Assembly: GCA_964577145.1 (NCBI GenBank)
Contig: CAZNXM010000006.1
Coordinates: forward strand, 878-64,877
Length of the DNA stretch: 64,000 nucleotides
Reading direction: 5' to 3'
Source: an uncultured Candidatus Poseidoniales archaeon
GTDB lineage: Archaea; Thermoplasmatota; Poseidoniia; Poseidoniales; Poseidoniaceae
The translations under genes were made by a program, and so were the position numbers. The notes beneath the pieces were generated by a model, which saw nothing but the letters and a program-made list of their open reading frames with translations, was not told the origin of the DNA and did not search any database. Shown one piece after another: positions 56,339 through 64,000 of the stretch (position 1 is its first letter; each line of letters opens with the position of its first letter).

Positions 56339-58990
56339 TCAGACGAGATTGCGCAATACGGTGTGGAGGATTCCTCCATTGCGATAATATTCGACCTCAA
56401 CTGGGGTGTCGATTCTTACATCAACGGTGAAATCGATAGTAGTGCCATCGCCGCGAGTTGCGGTCACAACCAACTCTTGCAAAGCCTGAACATCATCTGT
56501 TACAGGAATGTCGAAACTCTCAGTTCCATCGAGCCCAAGTGAGTTTGCATCTTGGCCTGATTTGAAGGTCAATGGCAATACACCCATGCCGACAAGATTG
56601 GAGCGGTGAATTCTCTCAAATGAAGTTGCTATGACCGCCTTAACCCCGAGGAGGAATGTGCCCTTTGCAGCCCAGTCTCTACTGCTGCCAGTGCCATACT
56701 GAGCGCCTGCAAGCACAACCATTGGAGAAGCGCTAGCCATTGCAGCCTCGTAAACTGAAGTAATTTCGCCTGTCGAGTGATCAAGCGCAAAACCACCTTC
56801 GGTTCCGGGCGCCATTTCATTTCTGACTCGCACATTTGCAAAAGTACCTCGCATCATAATCTCGTGGTTACCTCTACGGCTACCAAATGAATTGAAATCA
56901 CCCTTCTGAACTCCACGCTCGGTTAGCCAGGTCCCAGCGGGCCCGTCCTCTGGAAATGCACCTGCTGGAGATATGTGATCTGTTGTAATAGAATCACCCA
57001 ATTTCAGCAGAACCTTTGCACCGGAAATCGGCTCGATAGGTTGTGCTTCAGGCGATAGACCTTGGAAGAAGGAAGGTAGTCGAATGTAAGTGGAATCATC
57101 TTGCCATGGATAGAGTGGAGATTCTTCACTCGGGATTGCATCCCATCGTGGCTCTTGCATTACTGTAGCATAGCGGTCTCTGAACATTTCAGGAGAAATA
57201 TTCGCCATTGCTTCTGCTAATTGTGAGTCGCTTGGCCAAACATCGGAAAGCATGACTGGGTTTCCTTCTGCATCATGTCCAAGCGGCTCAGTAATCAAAT
57301 CGACATACAAGCTACCTGCAATTGCATAGGCGACTACCAGAGGTGGACTTGCAAGATATGAAGCCTTGACTTTCTGATGAACTCGTCCCTCGAAATTACG
57401 ATTGCCAGAGATTACAGAACCTACGATTAGACCTTCTTCATCAATTGCAGACTCGATGTCTTCGGGAAGGGGGCCAGAATTACCGATACATGTTGTGCAT
57501 CCATATCCAACATTGTTGAAACCAAGTGCTGCTAAATCCTCATCTAAACCATTGGCCGCATAATACTCTGTGACTACTCTCGAACCAGGTGCTAAAGAGG
57601 TCTTAACCCATGGTTTGACCATCAAACCACGGGCTCTGGCATTTCGTGCTAGAAGACCTGCGGCAAGCATTACTCCAGGATTGGAAGTATTGGTACAAGA
57701 TGTAATTGCAGCGATAACAACATCGCCATGATTCAAATCGTATTCATCGCCAATAAGTGCCGAATTTGAAAGGTCCTCTTTCGCAATTCCATGCCCTTGG
57801 TGTCCTACCTCATTGGATAGCGTTTCAACAAAATGATTTGCCATTGCAGAAAGGTCAACACGGTCTTGAGGACGCTTTGGGCCTGCAAGTGCAGGCTCAA
57901 CTGTTGAAAGGTCAAGTTCAAGGGTCGCACTGTATGATTTCTCAGGTGCGGACGAATCATACCACAATCCCTGTGCTCTACAGAATGTTTCCACACTAGC
58001 AATCGCATCCTCTTCACGACCGCTTAGACGCATGTAAGCAAGAGTGTTCTCATCGACCGGGAAGAATCCACAGGTTGCACCATATTCAGGCGCCATATTT
58101 GCGATAGTCGCACGGTCTGGTAATGTTAGTGCGGCCATTCCAGAACCAAAGAATTCAACAAATTTGCCAACTACTCCATGTTCTCTAAGAATCTCAACAA
58201 TTCTCAAAGTCATGTCTGTTGCAGTCACTCCAGGGTTGAGTGAGCCATTTAGACGGAACCCAACAACATCCGGCGATAACATGTAGATAGGCTGACCGAG
58301 CATTACCGCTTCAGCCTCAATTCCACCTACTCCCCAGCCAAGAACTCCCAATCCGTTAATCATAGTCGTGTGGGAATCGGTACCTACCAAACTATCGGGT
58401 AGCCATATACCGTTTTCCTCTCTTGCTACGGTTGCTATCCATTCGAGGTTTACCTGATGAACAATACCCCTTGAAGGAGGGACTGCTCGAAAGTTTTTCA
58501 AGGATTGCTGGCCCCATTTTAGGAATGTGTATCGTTCCATATTGCGATGGTATTCAATGTCGAGATTGAGTTCAAGAGCTTGCGTGTTTGAACCTGAGAC
58601 ATCAACCTGAACCGAATGGTCGATTACCAAGTCTACTGGGACCTGCGGATTTACTTTCTCTGGGTCACCACCCATCTCGACCATTGCATCACGCAATGCA
58701 GCGAGATCCACAACTGCGGGAACACCAGTGAAATCCTGTAAAATTACTCTGGAAGGGCGGAATGGTATCTCGCCTCTGTCTCCATCAGCAGTCCAGCCAG
58801 CAATGTTGCGAACATCATCTTCAGTGATTAGAAATCCATCGCAATTACGTAATGCGCCTTCGAGTAATACGCGAATGGAATAAGGAAGTGACGAGGTATC
58901 CATGCCTGATGCATCGAGAGAATCAAGCGCGAAATAATGTCCACCAAGAGAAAATTCTCTCTTTGAACCAAAGGGTCCCGAGTCGCTCAT
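56339..58990 (-). CDS. acnA: Aconitate hydratase A
   Basis: RVILQDFTGVPAVVDLA, IDHSVQ, GIVHQVNLE, DSHT, AAITSCTNTSNP, GCTTCIGNSG, SGNRNFEGR, GSSRDWAAKG. Confidence 0.97.
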   Translation of the reverse strand: MSDSGPFGSKREFSLGGHYFALDSLDASGMDTSSLPYSIRVLLEGALRNCDGFLITEDDVRNIAGWTADGDRGEIPFRPSRVILQDFTGVPAVVDLAALRDAMVEMGGDPEKVNPQVPVDLVIDHSVQVDVSGSNTQALELNLDIEYHRNMERYTFLKWGQQSLKNFRAVPPSRGIVHQVNLEWIATVAREENGIWLPDSLVGTDSHTTMINGLGVLGWGVGGIEAEAVMLGQPIYMLSPDVVGFRLNGSLNPGVTATDMTLRIVEILREHGVVGKFVEFFGSGMAALTLPDRATIANMAPEYGATCGFFPVDENTLAYMRLSGREEDAIASVETFCRAQGLWYDSSAPEKSYSATLELDLSTVEPALAGPKRPQDRVDLSAMANHFVETLSNEVGHQGHGIAKEDLSNSALIGDEYDLNHGDVVIAAITSCTNTSNPGVMLAAGLLARNARARGLMVKPWVKTSLAPGSRVVTEYYAANGLDEDLAALGFNNVGYGCTTCIGNSGPLPEDIESAIDEEGLIVGSVISGNRNFEGRVHQKVKASYLASPPLVVAYAIAGSLYVDLITEPLGHDAEGNPVMLSDVWPSDSQLAEAMANISPEMFRDRYATVMQEPRWDAIPSEESPLYPWQDDSTYIRLPSFFQGLSPEAQPIEPISGAKVLLKLGDSITTDHISPAGAFPEDGPAGTWLTERGVQKGDFNSFGSRRGNHEIMMRGTFANVRVRNEMAPGTEGGFALDHSTGEITSVYEAAMASASPMVVLAGAQYGTGSSRDWAAKGTFLLGVKAVIATSFERIHRSNLVGMGVLPLTFKSGQDANSLGLDGTESFDIPVTDDVQALQELVVTATRGDGTTIDFTVDVRIDTPVEVEYYRNGGILHTVLRNLV

Positions 58991-59039
58991 AGAGCGACTG
59001 CGGTTGGCGCTCGGTAATCAATTATCCTGAATGACCAAA

Positions 59040-60065
59040 TCACCAGAATTGCCACCAAGGGGTGGAACTTCCTTCTTCAGGAATAGTTACTGATACTATT
59101 GTTACATCCTCAACAGGCTTGTCGCCACTCATTGTAGTTACTTGAGAAATAGCATCGACATGCACCTTACCTTCGATCACTTTTCCAAAGACTGTGTGAA
59201 GGCCATCAAGATGACTAGGGGTGCTATCCTTATCGACGATGAAGAACTGTGAGCCACCGGTATGTGGTGCACTTGTCTTAGCCATCGAAAGCACATATGG
59301 AGCATGTATGACTCCATTATCTGCCTCATCAGGAATTGTGTAGGAGGTTACTGAACAATCAGACGCTGAATTTGCTTCTTGTCCGTCACAGTATCCAAAG
59401 AATTTAGCTGCATGGCCACCAGTGCCTGAATTTTGAGTGAAATCTCCTCCTTGAATCATGAATTCATCTATGACGCGGTGGAATAATACGCCATCATACT
59501 TGCCTTCTTGGGCTAGTAAAGCGAAATTCTCAACATGGATTGGTGCATCATCTGGATATAATTCGATAATTAGAGTTTCAGTATGTTCTACTCCGGCGCT
59601 ATCGGTCCAGTTTACGACCATGCTCGCTTCTGTGGGAAGAGCGGAGCCACTCTGGCTATTTACCGCTTGAACACCGGCTATTACGAGTAATAGGGATGCA
59701 ACCAATGCAAAAATTCCTGCTGGAGTTGGTGCTCCGCCATCAGTCATTAAACGTGGAATTACAGTCTCAGAAACGTGCTTGTCTTGCATTTCATTGCGCA
59801 GTTGATTGTAAAGTGAATTTGCTTGCTTATCACGAGGATTCTTTCGTACTGAATCTCGTAATAGTTTAGCGGCTTGGCGATATTCAGCCTTAGAACCACT
59901 TTTTCCTGCCTTCAAGTATACTGCTTGTCCAGCAAGTCTTAGAGTTGTAGCATGGGTTCCATCGGGGTCTGCATCACGCAATACATCCAATGCGCCCTCG
60001 GTTTTACCTTTGCTGAGGAGCCCTTCTGCCTCTTTCCATGCGTCTGCACGCTTATCGTCGGCCAT
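59040..60065 (-). CDS. Membrane-anchored cyclophilin PPIase with N-terminal TPR-like domain
   Basis: YDGVLFHRVIDEFMIQGGD, LSMAKT...GSQFFI, HLDGLHTVFGKV; central TM; helical N-terminus. Confidence 0.9.
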   Translation of the reverse strand: MADDKRADAWKEAEGLLSKGKTEGALDVLRDADPDGTHATTLRLAGQAVYLKAGKSGSKAEYRQAAKLLRDSVRKNPRDKQANSLYNQLRNEMQDKHVSETVIPRLMTDGGAPTPAGIFALVASLLLVIAGVQAVNSQSGSALPTEASMVVNWTDSAGVEHTETLIIELYPDDAPIHVENFALLAQEGKYDGVLFHRVIDEFMIQGGDFTQNSGTGGHAAKFFGYCDGQEANSASDCSVTSYTIPDEADNGVIHAPYVLSMAKTSAPHTGGSQFFIVDKDSTPSHLDGLHTVFGKVIEGKVHVDAISQVTTMSGDKPVEDVTIVSVTIPEEGSSTPWWQFW

Positions 60066-60175
60066 GTTCGGCCCGAGACCCCGTTTGGTTTTGATAACTG
60101 CCCTTCGCCCACTTAGGTGAATATGACATCAACACATTCAAAGGGCGTAGGCTTGGCAGGTTGCGCAATGGCCCC

Positions 60176-60190
60176 GCCCCCGTAGGGGGC
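60176..60190. promoter_or_regulatory. Inverted repeat GCCCCC-GTA-GGGGGC in korA leader
   Basis: 6-bp perfect arms with a GTA loop; extendable by GCCC/GGGC after one mismatch. Confidence 0.5.
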
Positions 60191-60214
60191 TGGGCTCAAG
60201 GGGACAGACCCGAA

Positions 60215-62002
60215 ATGGCACGAATCGTAAACGATTTTTCCATCAATATCGCAACTGCGAATGGAACAGGTTCACAATCAGCAAATTTGATTTTGCTTCA
60301 AACATTATTTGATATGGGCATCCCAGTTAGCGGGAAAAATCTCTTCCCGTCGAATATCTCCGGTCTCCCAACTTGGTATATTGCTCGTGTTTCTGACCTA
60401 GGTTACCAAGCACCTGGGGACAGAACCCACATCCAAATTCTGGTCAATCCAGCAACATGGGATGAAGACCTCGCAGAACTAGAGCCTGGCAGCGTCGTCA
60501 TCTGGAATACCGATTCCAAGATGGCAATGGAAAGAGAGGATGTAGTCTCCTACCCTGTTCCAATGACAAAGATCGCCCGTACACTCAATCCCAAACTGGC
60601 ACGAATGATTGCAAATGTGGTCTATGTCGGAGTACTGGCCGAACTCCTAGGAATGGACCAAGATGTTCTTGAAACCGCTATTGCTAAGCAATTCGGTAGC
60701 AAAGCAAAGGCGATTGAACTCAATGTAGAGGCTAGTCGTCTTGGCAGACAATATGTCATTGAAAATCTCACTAAATCCGATGAGTATTTTGTTGAAACAA
60801 GGGATATTGAGGCTGGAGGGTTCTTCCTCGAAGGAAACGAGGCTGTGGCTCTGGGTTCGATTTTCGGTGGCGTACAGATGCTTGCATGGTACCCAATTAC
60901 TCCATCATCGAGCATTGCAGAAGGGATCATCGCATGGTTGCCTGAACTACGGGAAAAGGATGGAAAGTCAACATACGCAGTATTGCAAGCTGAGGATGAA
61001 CTCGCTGCGGCAGGAATGGTACTTGGCGCTGGTTGGGCCGGCGCAAGAGGTATGACTGCTACCTCTGGACCTGGTATTTCTCTGATGCAGGAATTCATTG
61101 GACTGTCATATTTCTCTGAAATCCCATCTGTATTCTGGGATGTCAATCGTGTTGGTCCATCTACGGGCCTGCCAACTCGAACTCAGCAGGGTGACCTAAC
61201 GATGCTCTACGAAGGAAGTCACGGTGATACCCAACATATTGTTTTCATTCCGGGAACCGTAGAGGAATGTTTCGAATTTGGATGGCGGGTCTTTGATGCT
61301 GCAGAGCGATTCCAGACACCTGTATTCGGTTTCTCTGACCTTGATTTGGGAATGAATCGTTGGTCTTGTAACGGCCTTGAATATCCTACAGAATCCATGG
61401 ATCGTGGCAAGGTTGTATTGACTCGAGAACAATTAGATTCGATTGAAAATTATGGACGTTACCGGGATGTTGACGGTGATGGAATACCTTACCGTACACT
61501 CCCTGGGTCTGGGCTCGACCCAATTCTCTATCGTGGCACAGGCCATGACGAAGATGGAGTTTATTCCGAAAAACCTGATGTCTATCATGCATTGATGGAA
61601 CGCCTAAAGAGAAAAATCGAAGGCTCCAGAGATCTTCTACCAGCGCCTATGGTTCGCCAAGAAGATGAATGTGACATTGGAATTGTATTCTATGGTTCAA
61701 TGGAGAATACTATCACAGAAATTGACGATATCCTCGAAGAAGCGACTGGCAAGAAGGTCAGTACATGCAGAGTTAGAGCATTACCACTTCACTCTGAAGT
61801 TCAGGATTTCGTTGAGCGCCACGATGTAGTAATCATTCTCGAGATTAACAGAGATGGACAACTCTATGGAATCATGCGTAAGGAATACCCTAACCATTTG
61901 ATTCCAAAGATGAAGAGCGTTGCATTCAGCGATGGTATGCCTCCAAGAGCAAGGATGTATGCCGACCGAATTATGACTGTTCTAAAGGAGGTGGGACTTT
62001 GA
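60215..62002 (+). CDS. korA: 2-oxoacid:ferredoxin oxidoreductase alpha subunit
   Basis: NGTGSQSAN, GKNLFPSNI.GLPTW, WYPITPSS, EDELAA, TATSGPGISLM, RVGPSTGLPTRTQQGD. Confidence 0.93.
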   Translation: MARIVNDFSINIATANGTGSQSANLILLQTLFDMGIPVSGKNLFPSNISGLPTWYIARVSDLGYQAPGDRTHIQILVNPATWDEDLAELEPGSVVIWNTDSKMAMEREDVVSYPVPMTKIARTLNPKLARMIANVVYVGVLAELLGMDQDVLETAIAKQFGSKAKAIELNVEASRLGRQYVIENLTKSDEYFVETRDIEAGGFFLEGNEAVALGSIFGGVQMLAWYPITPSSSIAEGIIAWLPELREKDGKSTYAVLQAEDELAAAGMVLGAGWAGARGMTATSGPGISLMQEFIGLSYFSEIPSVFWDVNRVGPSTGLPTRTQQGDLTMLYEGSHGDTQHIVFIPGTVEECFEFGWRVFDAAERFQTPVFGFSDLDLGMNRWSCNGLEYPTESMDRGKVVLTREQLDSIENYGRYRDVDGDGIPYRTLPGSGLDPILYRGTGHDEDGVYSEKPDVYHALMERLKRKIEGSRDLLPAPMVRQEDECDIGIVFYGSMENTITEIDDILEEATGKKVSTCRVRALPLHSEVQDFVERHDVVIILEINRDGQLYGIMRKEYPNHLIPKMKSVAFSDGMPPRARMYADRIMTVLKEVGL

Positions 62003-63045
62003 CTGAAAAACCAGTAAGAGCTGTCAAACTCAATGTCATCAATGAGCCAAAAGATTCCTACACAGGTGGAAAGTCATCTCTATGTCCAGGATGTGGACAC
62101 GACCAAATTAGCAGCGTAATTGTCAATGCTGCATGGGAGAATGGTATTGAGCCGCACCGCATCGCAAAGATGAGTGGAATAGGATGTTCTTCTAAGACAC
62201 CAGCATATTACCTCGGACAATCCCACGGATTCAACACTGTTCACGGCCGAATGCCATCGGTCACTACAGGAGCACATGTTGTCAACAAAGATTTGACCTA
62301 TCTCGGTGTTTCTGGTGACGGAGATTCTGCATCGATTGGTATTGGCCAATTAATACATGCAATTCGTCGTAATATCAACATGGTATACATTATTGAGAAT
62401 AACGGAGTTTACGGTCTGACAAAGGGGCAGTACTCCGCTACTGCAGATAAGGGTTCGAAGAAGAAAAAGGGCTCAACAAATGAGACTCAGCCAATCGATC
62501 TATGCGCTATGGCAGTAAATCTTGGCTGCTCCTTCGTAGCGAGGTCATTCTCTGGCTCAAAGAAGCAACTATCCGCCATTATCAAGGCTGCATTATCTCA
62601 CAAAGGGTTCGCATTAATCGACGTCATTAGCCCATGTGTAACTTTCAACAATAACGATGAGAGTCTACGCTCCTATGGATATGTCAAGGATAACTCAGCA
62701 GAACTCCATTCCGTGGATTACATTCCACACTTCTCGCCTCTTGAGCAAGTAGAGGTCCCCGCTGGTGCATTCAAGGACATCACACTACACGATGGTTCGA
62801 CAGTACGTCTTGAGACGATTTCTGAAGACCACGACCCTTCTGATGCTGTAGCTGCTCTTACCGCTCTCCATGAGGCTGATGTTGAAAAGAAGCACGTAAT
62901 GGGATTGTTATATTTCAATGCAGACCGACCTGCACTACACGAGGACCTCAACCTTACCGATACTCCGCTTTGCGAACTTGATGAGGACGATTTGCGTCCT
63001 TCACCTGAGGCACTTGAGAAGGTTGTCGCATCACTGCGTGGATGA
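61999..63045 (+). CDS. korB: 2-oxoacid:ferredoxin oxidoreductase beta subunit
   Basis: CPGCGH, SGIGCSSK, HGR, GDGD, NNGVYGLTKGQ, SPCVTFN. Confidence 0.93.
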   Translation: MTEKPVRAVKLNVINEPKDSYTGGKSSLCPGCGHDQISSVIVNAAWENGIEPHRIAKMSGIGCSSKTPAYYLGQSHGFNTVHGRMPSVTTGAHVVNKDLTYLGVSGDGDSASIGIGQLIHAIRRNINMVYIIENNGVYGLTKGQYSATADKGSKKKKGSTNETQPIDLCAMAVNLGCSFVARSFSGSKKQLSAIIKAALSHKGFALIDVISPCVTFNNNDESLRSYGYVKDNSAELHSVDYIPHFSPLEQVEVPAGAFKDITLHDGSTVRLETISEDHDPSDAVAALTALHEADVEKKHVMGLLYFNADRPALHEDLNLTDTPLCELDEDDLRPSPEALEKVVASLRG

Positions 63046-63100
63046 GTGAAGTCACCTTACCGTTGACTTGAAGAATGAAAGGCCTCTGGCCTCCCCTGAT

Positions 63101-63173
63101 AGTCTCTTAGTGTAGCGGTCCATCATGGTGGGTTCTGGTCCCGCCGACCTCGGTTCAAATCCGAGAGAGACTA
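63101..63173 (+). tRNA. tRNA-Gln(CTG)
   Basis: Acceptor stem AGTCTCT/AGAGACT (A1-U72); anticodon arm GTGGG-TTCTGGT-CCCGC; T-arm CTCGG-TTCAAAT-CCGAG; no intron; CCA not fully encoded. Confidence 0.95.
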
Positions 63174-63193
63174 CCTCTGCCCTTTTTCATAGT

Positions 63194-64000
63194 TCACTCA
63201 AACTCATGTTTGCGGGTTCTAATCAATGCAGCAATGATGAGTAATACTGCGATTAGAACAACTATCTGTATAGAGGTATTATTGAGGAAACTCGCTTGGT
63301 CATCAGAACCAACCCTTCCATTATCACCAGAATTACTTGGCGATGTTGAGCATGCTTGCCAGTCGCCTTCAACGGTGAATGTATGGTCGATATTTGCAGA
63401 GTTTCCAGATGGGTCAACGGCGGTAATAGTAGCACTGTGTGAACCAACACAAAGATCGAACGAAAGTGCGTGATTCTTGCCGAGATTATCTGTGCCTATT
63501 GCATCTGAACCTATGCTGATATGAGCAAATGTATCTTCATCGGTGAACCAAGATATCGTCGTCATTTCAGCCTCATCAGACGTGACCAATATGTTGAGAA
63601 TTTGTGGTGAGATCACATCGGCATCAGCAGAAGTTGTGAATGAAACATCTACAGGTGTTGCATTGTCTACTGAAATGCTACACGAATAGGTTTGATTTGA
63701 TTGTAAACCCTCGACTGAGAGGCCATGACTCAGAGTACCATCATACTGTCCGCCTGCTGAAATTCCATCTCCACAATCAATTGTGCCAGCATCTATTTTG
63801 GTTGTGGACCAAGTAATCAGGGCACTATTATGGGTAATAGCAGCAACCTGAGCGCCATAGATTTGTTGAGATAATTCAGGAATTTCAAATCCAGTTAATT
63901 GGACGTATTGTTGGTTATCGACATCGTAGTTGCTAAGCATGTTTAGTTGACTATCAAAGGCCTGTCCGAGATCTTCGAGAATTACATCTACAATATTGGG
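63194..64000 (-). CDS. Surface protein C-terminal part with fibronectin-III-like domains and TM anchor (partial)
   Basis: The frame stays open from 63940 to the window end (PNIVDVILEDLG...). SALITW.T...H.L..GL....Y FN3 pattern; C-terminal TM plus RTRK. Confidence 0.75.
   Translation of the reverse strand, partial: PNIVDVILEDLGQAFDSQLNMLSNYDVDNQQYVQLTGFEIPELSQQIYGAQVAAITHNSALITWSTTKIDAGTIDCGDGISAGGQYDGTLSHGLSVEGLQSNQTYSCSISVDNATPVDVSFTTSADADVISPQILNILVTSDEAEMTTISWFTDEDTFAHISIGSDAIGTDNLGKNHALSFDLCVGSHSATITAVDPSGNSANIDHTFTVEGDWQACSTSPSNSGDNGRVGSDDQASFLNNTSIQIVVLIAVLLIIAALIRTRKHEFE

Noticed and set aside
63101-63194. tRNA-Gln as an integration site
   Set aside because: No integrase and no duplicated tRNA 3' end noticed in the window.

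Overview
Gene-dense archaeal chromosome segment. The gene mix points to a marine Group II euryarchaeote (Poseidoniales, Thermoplasmatota); this is an inference from archaeal ribB/ribL, archaeal endonuclease IV, Gar1 and a tRNA-Gln with an A1-U72 pair alongside bacterial-type gpsA, orn, ribE and acnA, plus many acidic secreted proteins and subtilases. I can support about 46 CDS and one tRNA-Gln(CTG). I see no CRISPR array, integrase, transposase or rRNA. Highlights: (1) a Gar1-like RNA-binding domain fused to four RanBP2-type zinc fingers and RGRDDR repeats, a eukaryote-like architecture with recent internal duplication; (2) a three-subunit 4-hydroxybenzoyl-CoA-reductase-like molybdoenzyme, including the HcrB-type [4Fe-4S] insertion, with XdhC, MocA and MoeB maturases nearby; (3) a recurring promoter layout with a non-canonical TATA-like box about 28-30 nt before apparently leaderless starts, often carrying short perfect inverted repeats, several with a GTA/TAC triloop; (4) a DtxR-like operator upstream of an FTR1 iron permease; (5) giant surface proteins with small conserved-looking cytoplasmic tails. 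Family calls come from motif recognition and memory; no searches were run.
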